Source of the DNA: Bacteroidota bacterium
Lineage (GTDB): Bacteria; Bacteroidota; Bacteroidia; Chitinophagales; Saprospiraceae
NCBI GenBank assembly: GCA_019136675.1
Contig: JAGVTV010000004.1
Span: 11,010 to 75,009, forward strand
Direction: 5' to 3'
DNA length: 64,000 bases
Shown here: one piece after another, positions 17,954 to 26,261 of the stretch
Position numbering within the stretch: the first letter of the stretch is position 1
Layout: each line of letters begins with the position of its first letter
Notes under the pieces: model-generated
Told to the model about the DNA's origin: nothing
Databases searched by the model: none
Seen by the model: the letters and a program-made list of their open reading frames with translations, nothing else
Made by a program: the position numbers and the translations under genes

Positions 17954-19152
17954 TCCTTTGAGATTATGTCTGAAACCATCGGATCCTTCGACCGGAATCC
18001 TGTCCTTATCCGGTACAGGGCTGCCTCCATGTCTGCCACCGGACTGCAGAGACTGATCCTCAGATACCTTTCTCCCATACTGCCAAATACATGTCCAGGG
18101 GTGATAAATACCCTTGAACTGTGAAGTAACCTCTCCGAAAGGCTCTCTCCGTCTTCCTGCGGATCTGTTATTTTTCCCCACACAAAAATACCAGCCCCGT
18201 TCGGATCGCAGGTCAGACCCAGCTCATCAAAAATGGCCATGGCAGCCTCTTTGCGGTGACTGTATGTGCTGTTAAGATTTCTGATCCAGTCGTCTCCCAG
18301 GCCAAGAGCCACCACGGCGGCATCCTGCACGGGCCTGAACATACCGGAGTCCATATTGCTCTTGAATGTCATGACGGCATCGATGTAAGACTTTTGCCCT
18401 GCGATAGCTCCGACACGCCAGCCGGCCATATTATAGCACTTGCTCAGAGATGTAAGTTCCAGGGCCTGTTTATCCGCACCCTCGGCATTAAATATGCTTA
18501 TCGGCTCATCCGTCAGCAAGAACGCATAGGGATTGTCGTGGCAGATGAGGATGTTGTTTTCGGCAGCAAATGCCACCAGATCATTAAAAAAATCGTGGTC
18601 TGCCCGTGCACCCGTAGGCATATTGGGATAGTTGACCCACATAAGTTTTACGCGGCTAAGATCATGCTTTGCCAGGGCTTTTAGGTCGGGCTTCCAGCCG
18701 AGGTTTTCCATAAGAGGCATGGTCACCGGAATGCCACCTGCCAGCCGGGTGCACACACTGTAGGACGGGTATCCCGGATCCGGCACCAGGACCTCATCTC
18801 CCGGATCAAGGAAAGTCATACTGATGTGCATCACCCCCTCCTTTGACCCTATGAGAGGCAGAATCTGTTCATTTGGGTCCATTTTCACACCAAAGTGTCT
18901 GAAATACCACTGACTGAAAGCATTCCTGAGTTCAGGAGTCCCCTTGTACGGCTGGTATTTATGGGCATCCTTACCGACAGAAGACATGTTAAGGGTTTCG
19001 GTCACCGACGGGTGGGGAGGCAAATCAGGGCTTCCTATACCCAGATTGATGACTGAAGCTTGTCCGTCATTATTCATCCTGTCAATTTCGGCGAGTTTCC
19101 GGGCGAAATAATAGGACGTTATACCGTTGAGTCTGTGGGCAGGCCGGATCAT
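17950..19152 (-). CDS. Class I/II pyridoxal-phosphate aminotransferase (aromatic/prephenate aminotransferase by context)
   Basis: 400 aa with NLGIGSPDLPP, YP.P.G, SLSKCYNMAGWRVG (PLP lysine motif) and ERYLRISL. It sits between pheA and tyrA with ATGA overlaps at both ends. Confidence 0.85.
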   Translation of the reverse strand: MIRPAHRLNGITSYYFARKLAEIDRMNNDGQASVINLGIGSPDLPPHPSVTETLNMSSVGKDAHKYQPYKGTPELRNAFSQWYFRHFGVKMDPNEQILPLIGSKEGVMHISMTFLDPGDEVLVPDPGYPSYSVCTRLAGGIPVTMPLMENLGWKPDLKALAKHDLSRVKLMWVNYPNMPTGARADHDFFNDLVAFAAENNILICHDNPYAFLLTDEPISIFNAEGADKQALELTSLSKCYNMAGWRVGAIAGQKSYIDAVMTFKSNMDSGMFRPVQDAAVVALGLGDDWIRNLNSTYSHRKEAAMAIFDELGLTCDPNGAGIFVWGKITDPQEDGESLSERLLHSSRVFITPGHVFGSMGERYLRISLCSPVADMEAALYRIRTGFRSKDPMVSDIISKE

Positions 19153-20024
19153 GACAGTTGGCTGATTTTACTTTGTTTTTCAATAATGGCTTTGACATCG
19201 GCCCTCTTGTAAATGCCGGTTTCTTCATATTCAAAAGTGAGCGACCGGAGGTCATTTTTGAGTCCTTCGTACTGGCTGATATGGTCAAATTCAATGTCTA
19301 TATGAAAAAAGTATTCCCTGAAACTGCCTAATACCGGAAAAGACTGGAGTTTGCTCATATTAAGGGAGTGGCTGTCAATAACCTGCAGTACCTTGAGCAA
19401 CTGGCCTTTTTTGTCGGGGATCCTCAGATACACCGAAGCTTTATCGGCTGCCGGGTCCGGTGTCTCCCTGTGAGGGTGTACTATAAAAAAGCGTGTATAA
19501 TTGGTCTTGTTGGTCTCAATGCCGGGAGCCAGAATATCCAGACCGTACAGATCGGCAGCTGCTGTGCTGGCTATGCAGGCCTTGTGTCTGTCGAGGGATT
19601 GGGAAAGGTGTTGTGCACTGAGTGCAGTGTCTTCCGATTCGACAAGCTTCCATCGTGGAAACCCCTGGAGAAACTGCAGACATTGGTTGAGTGCCATAGG
19701 ATGGGATGCCACTTCGCGTATATCGGTCAGGGTTGTTCCTGGAATGCCCAGCAGATTGTGTTTGATGCGAAGGTAGATCTCTCCGGAGACCCAAAATCCG
19801 TTTTCACGCAGAATCCTGTAGTTTTGAAGCAAGGTGCCGGCAATGGAGTTTTCTATGGCCATAACCGCTATGTCTGTTTTTCTTTGGCAAAGCATCGACG
19901 CAAGTATGTCAAACGAATCCGCAGGTATCAGTGCAAGGTCGGTATTTCCCCAATATTGTCTGGCTGCAATGTCGTGAAATGAACCCGGATATCCCTGGAT
20001 GCCAACTTTTAACTTATCATTCAT
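19149..20024 (-). CDS. pheA: Prephenate dehydratase
   Basis: PDT domain (VGIQGYPGSFHDIAA, TRF) plus a C-terminal ACT domain (KASVYLRIPDKKGQLLKVLQVI..., ESRP-like region). ATG 20024 is preferred; the track starts one codon earlier at TTG 20027. Confidence 0.92.
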   Translation of the reverse strand: MNDKLKVGIQGYPGSFHDIAARQYWGNTDLALIPADSFDILASMLCQRKTDIAVMAIENSIAGTLLQNYRILRENGFWVSGEIYLRIKHNLLGIPGTTLTDIREVASHPMALNQCLQFLQGFPRWKLVESEDTALSAQHLSQSLDRHKACIASTAAADLYGLDILAPGIETNKTNYTRFFIVHPHRETPDPAADKASVYLRIPDKKGQLLKVLQVIDSHSLNMSKLQSFPVLGSFREYFFHIDIEFDHISQYEGLKNDLRSLTFEYEETGIYKRADVKAIIEKQSKISQLS

Positions 20025-20050
20025 CAATCACTTTTTTTAAAAATATATTA

Positions 20051-20090
20051 AAACAAAAAAGGAGCCTGTTTTTGTAACAGAACTCCTTTT
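20051..20090 (-). terminator. Intrinsic terminator in the pheA leader (attenuator terminator)
   Basis: The minus strand reads AAAAGGAGttCTGTT-acaaa-AACAGgCTCC followed by TTTTTTGTTTT. This lies 27 nt upstream of the pheA ATG and 33 nt downstream of the leader-peptide stop. Confidence 0.75.
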
Positions 20091-20122
20091 ATATAGCGAC
20101 ACATCTACAAACAGGCCTTCTG

Positions 20123-20191
20123 TTACCTCATCTCAAAGAAATAAAAGAACCAAAAATAAAAGCCGGCAAATGTGGAATGAAAACATTTCAT
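20123..20191 (-). CDS. Aromatic-rich leader peptide of the pheA operon (22 codons)
   Basis: The minus strand reads ATG AAA TGT TTT CAT TCC ACA TTT GCC GGC TTT TAT TTT TGG TTC TTT TAT TTC TTT GAG ATG AGG TAA, giving MKCFHSTFAGFYFWFFYFFEMR. That is 8 Phe, 2 Tyr and 1 Trp, with residues 11-19 all aromatic. The position and the downstream terminator fit leader-peptide attenuation. Confidence 0.75.
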   Translation of the reverse strand: MKCFHSTFAGFYFWFFYFFEMR

Positions 20192-20413
20192 GGCACAAAC
20201 ATATCAGATGCCATTATATTTTCCAAACAAATCGGGTAAAAATGTGGCTTAGTGTAGTTCCAAACCCTTCAAATCTGAAAAAAATCTCCTTTTCCTTTCC
20301 GCCAAAAGCGGTTTGACCTACATCATATGTTTAAGACACACTTCTTTGGTGCGTCGAAGCTTCGTGTACTTTGGGTTTGTGTTGCTGTTTCCTGACAATT
20401 AATATTCAATAAA

Positions 20414-20959
20414 ATGGCAACCAAAAGACGTCTCTCCAATGAGATCAATGCAGGCTCAATGGCCGATATTGCCTTCCTGCTTCTGATCTTTTTTCTGGTG
20501 ACAACAACCATCTCTGAAGACAAAGGTGTACTGGTAAGGCTACCTCCATGGTTACCCGATGCTCCCCCGCCATTGAATGTGCGTCAGAGGAACTTGTATC
20601 CGGTATTTGTCAATGCATCCGGCAAATTGCTGGTCAGAGGCGAAACCATGGAACTTGCTCAACTTAAAAGCCATGCCAAGCAGTTTGTAAGCAACCCGGA
20701 TAAGAAAATTAATCTCTCAGAAAATCCAAAGAAAGCGGTCATCATCCTTAAAAACGACAGGGGCACACCATATGCAGCCTACCTCGAAGTATACGATGCT
20801 CTCAAGGCTGCTTACCACGAATTATGGGAGGAGTCTGCCATGGCAAGGTATGGCAAAGAATGGGGCAGCATTACAGCGGCAAGCCAAAAACAAATAAAGG
20901 ATGATATTCCTATGGTCATTTCAGAGTCCGAGCCTACAGCCTACGGGGAGGAATATTAA
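20414..20959 (+). CDS. exbD: Biopolymer transport protein ExbD/TolR family
   Basis: 181 aa. The N-terminus EINAGSMADIAFLLLIFFLVTTT is the Bacteroidota ExbD TM signature. No exbB lies in the window. Confidence 0.8.
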   Translation: MATKRRLSNEINAGSMADIAFLLLIFFLVTTTISEDKGVLVRLPPWLPDAPPPLNVRQRNLYPVFVNASGKLLVRGETMELAQLKSHAKQFVSNPDKKINLSENPKKAVIILKNDRGTPYAAYLEVYDALKAAYHELWEESAMARYGKEWGSITAASQKQIKDDIPMVISESEPTAYGEEY

Positions 20960-20973
20960 TACCTGTCAAAGAG

Positions 20974-22839
20974 TCACCGGCCTACATGGACCAGCAGGAC
21001 CGAAATGTCTGACGGTGAGACTCCGCTTATCCGACTTGCCTGACCGATGGTGCGTGGCCTTATCTTTTCCAGTTTTTCGCGTGCTTCTATGGAGAGCGAC
21101 TTCAGCGAACGGTAGTCAAAACTGTCCGAAAGCCTGACTTCTTCAAGACGGTCCATTTTCTCCACCATCTCCTGCTCTTTGCGTATATAGCCTTCATACT
21201 TCATCCCCACCTCAGCAATGGTGACCGTCTCGTCGTCAAACTGGCTGAGATATTGGTTTAGCTCCGGAACTGCTTCCCTGAGGTCGCTGATTCCGATATT
21301 AGGACGTGTAAGCACCGACCTGGCCTTAACCTTCTGCCTGAGGGGTGATGAGTCGATTGTTTCCAGAAGCGGGTTGACGAGTGCCGGGTCTAAGCTGGCC
21401 TCATCAAAGTGCCTTTCGATCCTGGCCACGTTATTGACCTTGGCATCCACTCTTTCCATCCTTTCTTCCATGCCCTTCATACCGAGGGCATAAGCCTTTG
21501 GCGTAAGCCTGATATCAGCGTTATCCTGACGAAGAAGTATCCTGTATTCGGCCCGGGAAGTAAACATCCTGTATGGCTCGTTGGTCCCTTTATTTACCAG
21601 GTCATCAATGAGCACACCTATGTAGGCTTCGGATCGCCTGAGGATAAAAGGCTCAAGGTCCCTGACGGCCATATGGGCATTAAGTCCGGCAATCAGTCCC
21701 TGGCAGGCTGCCTCTTCATAACCGGTAGTTCCGTTAATCTGGCCGGCAAAAAACAGGTTTTTGACCAGCTTGGTCTCCAGGTTCATATTGAGCTGGGTAG
21801 GCGGAAAGTAATCATATTCTATGGCATACCCCGGGCGGAACATTTTCATGTTTTCAAAACCTGGCACCATACGAAGGGCCTTGTACTGGACGTCTTCCGG
21901 CAGTGATGACGAAAAACCATTGACATATATTTCGCAGGTGTTCCAGCCTTCCGGCTCCACAAAGAGCTGGTGGCGTTCCTTATCGGCAAAGCGGTTTATC
22001 TTGTCCTCGATGGAGGGACAGTATCTCGGTCCGAGTCCCTGTATCCTTCCATTAAACATGGGTGACCGGTCAAATCCCTCCCTCAGTGTGTCATGTACGT
22101 CTTCACTGGTATACGTTATGTAGCAAGGCAATTGCCTGGTAAGATGGGGTGTGTCAGTATAGGAAAACCTGCCCGGTTTTTCGTCGCCGAGCTGGATCTC
22201 CATTTTGGAATAATCCAGGCTCCTCCCGTCTATCCGGGGTGGTGTGCCGGTCTTCATCCTGCCGGATTCAAAGCCCAGGCTGATGAGTTGCTCCGTGATG
22301 CCGGTAGCTGATTTTTCGCCTGCCCTACCTCCGCCAAACTGCTTCTCGCCAATGTGGATGATGCCATTGAGGAAGGTGCCGTTAGTCAGCACTACTGCAT
22401 CAGACTCTATCTCCAGGCCCAGACTTGTGATGATCCCTTTGCACACGCCATTCTTTACGATCAACCCCGGTACGGTCTCCTGCCAGAAGTCTATGTTTGG
22501 GTGGTTTTCAAGCATTTCCCGCCATTTGGCAGCAAACATCATACGGTCATTTTGTGCCCTTGGGCTCCACATGGCAGGCCCTTTGGACATATTGAGCATC
22601 CTGAACTGGACCATAGAGTAATCCGTGACGATGCCGGAATAACCTCCCAATGCATCGACCTCACGGACGATCTGCCCTTTGGCTACTCCTCCCATAGCCG
22701 GATTGCATGACATCTGGGCTATGGTATTCATATTCATAGTCACGAGGAGCACGCTGGATCCCATATTGGCTGCGGCAACGGCTGCCTCACATCCGGCGTG
22801 GCCGGCACCGACGACGATCACATTGTATTTTGAAAACAT
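20974..22839 (-). CDS. mnmG: tRNA uridine 5-carboxymethylaminomethyl modification enzyme
   Basis: 621 aa. [19 protein letters not shown] motif, [32 protein letters not shown]. Confidence 0.97.
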   Translation of the reverse strand: MFSKYNVIVVGAGHAGCEAAVAAANMGSSVLLVTMNMNTIAQMSCNPAMGGVAKGQIVREVDALGGYSGIVTDYSMVQFRMLNMSKGPAMWSPRAQNDRMMFAAKWREMLENHPNIDFWQETVPGLIVKNGVCKGIITSLGLEIESDAVVLTNGTFLNGIIHIGEKQFGGGRAGEKSATGITEQLISLGFESGRMKTGTPPRIDGRSLDYSKMEIQLGDEKPGRFSYTDTPHLTRQLPCYITYTSEDVHDTLREGFDRSPMFNGRIQGLGPRYCPSIEDKINRFADKERHQLFVEPEGWNTCEIYVNGFSSSLPEDVQYKALRMVPGFENMKMFRPGYAIEYDYFPPTQLNMNLETKLVKNLFFAGQINGTTGYEEAACQGLIAGLNAHMAVRDLEPFILRRSEAYIGVLIDDLVNKGTNEPYRMFTSRAEYRILLRQDNADIRLTPKAYALGMKGMEERMERVDAKVNNVARIERHFDEASLDPALVNPLLETIDSSPLRQKVKARSVLTRPNIGISDLREAVPELNQYLSQFDDETVTIAEVGMKYEGYIRKEQEMVEKMDRLEEVRLSDSFDYRSLKSLSIEAREKLEKIRPRTIGQASRISGVSPSDISVLLVHVGR

Positions 22840-22843
22840 GACG

Positions 22844-22851
22844 CAAAGATA
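22844..22851 (-). promoter_or_regulatory. -7 promoter box TATCTTTG ending 4 nt before the mnmG ATG
   Basis: The minus strand reads TATCTTTG-cgtc-ATG. See the finding on possible leaderless transcripts. Confidence 0.4.
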
Positions 22852-23010
22852 AGAAATTCATTATTAACAGATTTCATCCCGGTTTACCGATGGGTAAGGG
22901 CTTTTCTTTTTATTATTTTGGAATGGGTCGGACGGAAAAACTCTTTGAATGGCATATTGTTTGAACTAAATCGGTTTGCACTAAACTGTAGCATCTAAGG
23001 CACACGAGAT

Positions 23011-24621
23011 ATGAATGATAAAAAGGGAATTGAGGTCCTCAAGGACATGCGGCTCAGTAAATCCACGGCTTTTACAGCCGAAGAACGTGAAAATCTGGGT
23101 TTGAGGGGCTTATTACCGTATGCCATTTCCTCACAGGATATACAGAAGAAAAGGGCCATTGAAAATATCAGAAGGAAGGAGTCCAACATTGAGAAGTATA
23201 TCTTTTTATCCGCCCTGCAGGATCGTAATGAAAGGCTGTTTTACCGCACCGTCATAGACTATATCCAGGAGCTGCTGCCGATCATCTACACCCCGACTGT
23301 AGGCGAGGTGTGCCAGCAATTTTCGCATATTTATCGTATAGACAAGGGATTTTACATCACACCTGAAGACAAAGGTGACATCAGCACACTTCTGGACAAT
23401 TGGCCTGAAAAGGACATCCGGGTTATCGTGGTCACAGACGGGTCAAGAATACTGGGACTGGGCGACCTTGGCTGCAACGGCATGGGTATTCCCATAGGAA
23501 AACTTTCGCTGTACACAGCAGGCGGAGGCATCAGGCCGGAGCATTGCCTGCCTGTCATGCTCGACATGGGTACAGATAACGAATCTCTCCTGGAGGACCT
23601 GCTCTATCTCGGATACCCGCACAAAAGGCTTCAGGGAGAGGAGTACGATGAGATCGTCGACGAATTTGTCATGGCGGTACAGGAAAAATACCCTATGGCT
23701 CTCATTCAGTTTGAGGATTTTATTACACCAAATGCCTACAGACTGCTGGAACGATACCAGAAAAAGATCTTGTGCTTTAATGACGACATCCAGGGCACCG
23801 CTGCGGTAGCTCTCGCGGGGATATACACTTCTCTCCGTATACTTGGAGGCTCGTTACGTGACCAGACGATTATGTTTCTGGGGGCGGGCTCTGCTGCCAC
23901 GGGCATTGCGGACCTCATGGTTACGGCTATGATGGAAGAAGGCCTGACCATAGAAGAAGCCAGACACAAGCTATGGTTTGTAGATATCAACGGCCTGGTC
24001 ACCGGAGAGAGCAAAAACCTGCAACCGCACAATAAGCCTTACGCCCATGATTACAAGGCTATGGGATTTATCGAAGCTCTTAGGGAAATCAGGCCTTCCA
24101 TCCTGATCGGGGCCTCAGGGGCCAAAAATACCTTTACCAAAGAGGTGGTGGAACTCATGTCAGCACATAATGAGAGGCCGGTCATCTTTGCTCTTTCCAA
24201 TCCGACAACCAAGGCCGAATGCACGGCTGAAGATGCCTACAAATGGAGTGACGGCAGGGTGATCTTTGCCAGCGGCAGCCCGTTTGGGCCAGTCACGATC
24301 AATGACAGGGTCATCGTCCCCGGCCAGGGCAACAACGTCTATGTTTTTCCCGGGGTGGGTCTGGGAGCCATCTCTGTCGGGGCCAGATATCTGCCTGACA
24401 GTGCCTTTTTGGTGGCAGCCAGAGAACTCGCCCGCCAGATACACCAGTCAGACCTGGATGCCGGCACCCTATACCCAAAAATGACCTCACTGCGTACTAT
24501 TTCCTTTGAGATTGCTGTAGCTGTAGCCACACATTTGTACCAGCTTGACCTGGCAACACTCGAAAAACCAAGAAATCTCAGGGCACACATCAAGTCCATG
24601 ATATATGACCCAACCTATTAA
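23011..24621 (+). CDS. maeA: NAD-dependent malic enzyme
   Basis: 536 aa. NKSTAFT-type N-terminus (LSKSTAFTAEERENLGLRGLLP), YTPTVG, VVTDGSRILGLGDLG, FNDDIQGTAAV, GAGSAATGIA. Confidence 0.93.
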   Translation: MNDKKGIEVLKDMRLSKSTAFTAEERENLGLRGLLPYAISSQDIQKKRAIENIRRKESNIEKYIFLSALQDRNERLFYRTVIDYIQELLPIIYTPTVGEVCQQFSHIYRIDKGFYITPEDKGDISTLLDNWPEKDIRVIVVTDGSRILGLGDLGCNGMGIPIGKLSLYTAGGGIRPEHCLPVMLDMGTDNESLLEDLLYLGYPHKRLQGEEYDEIVDEFVMAVQEKYPMALIQFEDFITPNAYRLLERYQKKILCFNDDIQGTAAVALAGIYTSLRILGGSLRDQTIMFLGAGSAATGIADLMVTAMMEEGLTIEEARHKLWFVDINGLVTGESKNLQPHNKPYAHDYKAMGFIEALREIRPSILIGASGAKNTFTKEVVELMSAHNERPVIFALSNPTTKAECTAEDAYKWSDGRVIFASGSPFGPVTINDRVIVPGQGNNVYVFPGVGLGAISVGARYLPDSAFLVAARELARQIHQSDLDAGTLYPKMTSLRTISFEIAVAVATHLYQLDLATLEKPRNLRAHIKSMIYDPTY

Positions 24622-26206
24622 ATCGGCAAAAGACTTGTCTACGGGGATTCAGTATGATTACGTTATAATCGGCAGCGGATTCGGAGGCTCTGTTTCTGCA
24701 CTTCGGCTCGCCGAAAAAGGATACAAAGTGCTTGTACTGGAAAAAGGCAGGTGGTATAAAAATCCGGAGGATTTTCCAACATCAACCTGGAATCTTAAGA
24801 AATATTTCTGGCTGCCATCCATAGGCTTTAGAGGTATCCTGAAGATGTCAGTGTTCCGTCACGTTTTCGCATTGAGTGGAGTGGGCGTGGGTGGCGGATC
24901 ACTCGTGTATGCCAACACACTTCCTGTTCCCAAATCAGAGTTTTTCAACTCGGGAAACTGGAAGGGACTGGATGACTGGGAGGCCAGGTTAATGCCCTAC
25001 TACTTCCTGGCCAGGAAGATGCTTGGTGCGGCGGCTCACCCATATATGAGCAGGAGCGACAAGGCTATGCTTCAGCTGGCCAGGGAAATGGGGGATGAAA
25101 CCACCTTTGAAAAAACCGATGTTGCTGTGTATTTCGGAAAACCCGGCGAAACTGTATCTGATCCCTATTTTGACGGCAAGGGACCTGACCGAACCGGTTG
25201 CATCCTTTGCGGTGCCTGTATGTTGGGATGCCGGTACAACGCCAAAAACACCCTGGATAAAAATTACCTTCATATGGCCCAGGCCCTCGGGGTGGAAATC
25301 ATGCCTGAAAAGGAAGTGTACGATGTAATACCCGCGGATACAGACGGAAGCGGAGGGTACACTGTGATGTTCAGGGATTCTTACGGCTTTCTGCCAAAAA
25401 AATATACGGTCAGGACCAAAGGCATTGTTTTTGCCGGAGGGGTGATGGGGACAGTCAGTCTTTTACTGAAACTCAGGGGTGCATCTCTGCCTCACCTGTC
25501 TGACAAGGTGGGTTGCGGCATAAGGACAAATTCGGAAAGTCTGATCGGCGTGACCACTTTTAACAAAAATACCGAATTTTCAGAAGGAATAGCCATTGGC
25601 TCGATTGTACACATTGACGAAAGCAGGCATGTCGAACCTGTAAAATACCCGGCAGGGTCAGGATTCTGGAGGTTGTTTATGGCACCGTTGGTGTCGGGCA
25701 ACAATATTTTGACGAGAACAGGCAGGATGTTCATGGACTTTATCTTACATCCCATTGACAATCTGAGGGTGTTTTTTGTAGACGACTGGAGCAAAAGGAC
25801 CCACATCCTGCTGTATATGGAAAGTATAGACTCCACACTCAGATTTGTCAGGTCAGGGCTTGGATTCCTCCGGTCAAAACCCGAGCATGGTCCACTACCT
25901 ACAGCATTTAACCCAAAAGCCCGGGATATCGCCCATAGGACGGAGGCTATAATAAATGGCAAGGCCATGGTTATGAATACCGAAACACTTTTTGGTATTC
26001 CCACCACAGCACATATTCTGGGAGGTGCCTGTATGGGTTCAGGGCCTGAAAACGGTGTCATCGACAGGGACAACCGGGTATTTAACTATAAAAATATGCT
26101 GGTATGTGACGGCAGTATGATCTCAGCCAACCCAGGTGTCAATCCAAGCCTGAGCATCACGGCCATCACCGAATATGCCATGGCAAAGATTGGCAAAAAG
26201 CCATAA
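24605..26206 (+). CDS. GMC family FAD-dependent oxidoreductase (cholesterol-oxidase-like)
   Basis: 533 aa. YDYVIIGSGFGGSVSALRLAEKGYKVLVLEKG dinucleotide fold and a C-terminal GMC motif region (HILGGACMG...VCDGSMISANPGVNPSLSITAI). It overlaps the malic enzyme gene by 17 nt. Confidence 0.85.
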   Translation: MTQPIKSAKDLSTGIQYDYVIIGSGFGGSVSALRLAEKGYKVLVLEKGRWYKNPEDFPTSTWNLKKYFWLPSIGFRGILKMSVFRHVFALSGVGVGGGSLVYANTLPVPKSEFFNSGNWKGLDDWEARLMPYYFLARKMLGAAAHPYMSRSDKAMLQLAREMGDETTFEKTDVAVYFGKPGETVSDPYFDGKGPDRTGCILCGACMLGCRYNAKNTLDKNYLHMAQALGVEIMPEKEVYDVIPADTDGSGGYTVMFRDSYGFLPKKYTVRTKGIVFAGGVMGTVSLLLKLRGASLPHLSDKVGCGIRTNSESLIGVTTFNKNTEFSEGIAIGSIVHIDESRHVEPVKYPAGSGFWRLFMAPLVSGNNILTRTGRMFMDFILHPIDNLRVFFVDDWSKRTHILLYMESIDSTLRFVRSGLGFLRSKPEHGPLPTAFNPKARDIAHRTEAIINGKAMVMNTETLFGIPTTAHILGGACMGSGPENGVIDRDNRVFNYKNMLVCDGSMISANPGVNPSLSITAITEYAMAKIGKKP

Positions 26207-26238
26207 AAAAAGGGCTACAGATACTGTGGCCCTTTTTA
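26205..26238. terminator. Hairpin terminator between convergent genes
   Basis: A-run, GGGCTACAG (26212-26220), ATA, CTGTGGCCC (26224-26232) with one mismatch, then TTTTT. Confidence 0.65.
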
Positions 26239-26261
26239 TAACTTAACTATTTAACTCTCTT

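Noticed and set aside
17954-18181. 76-codon N-terminal extension of tyrA
   Set aside because: It lies entirely inside the aminotransferase CDS in another frame. The Rossmann N-terminus MNITIVGLGLIGG starts at the ATGA overlap at 17953.
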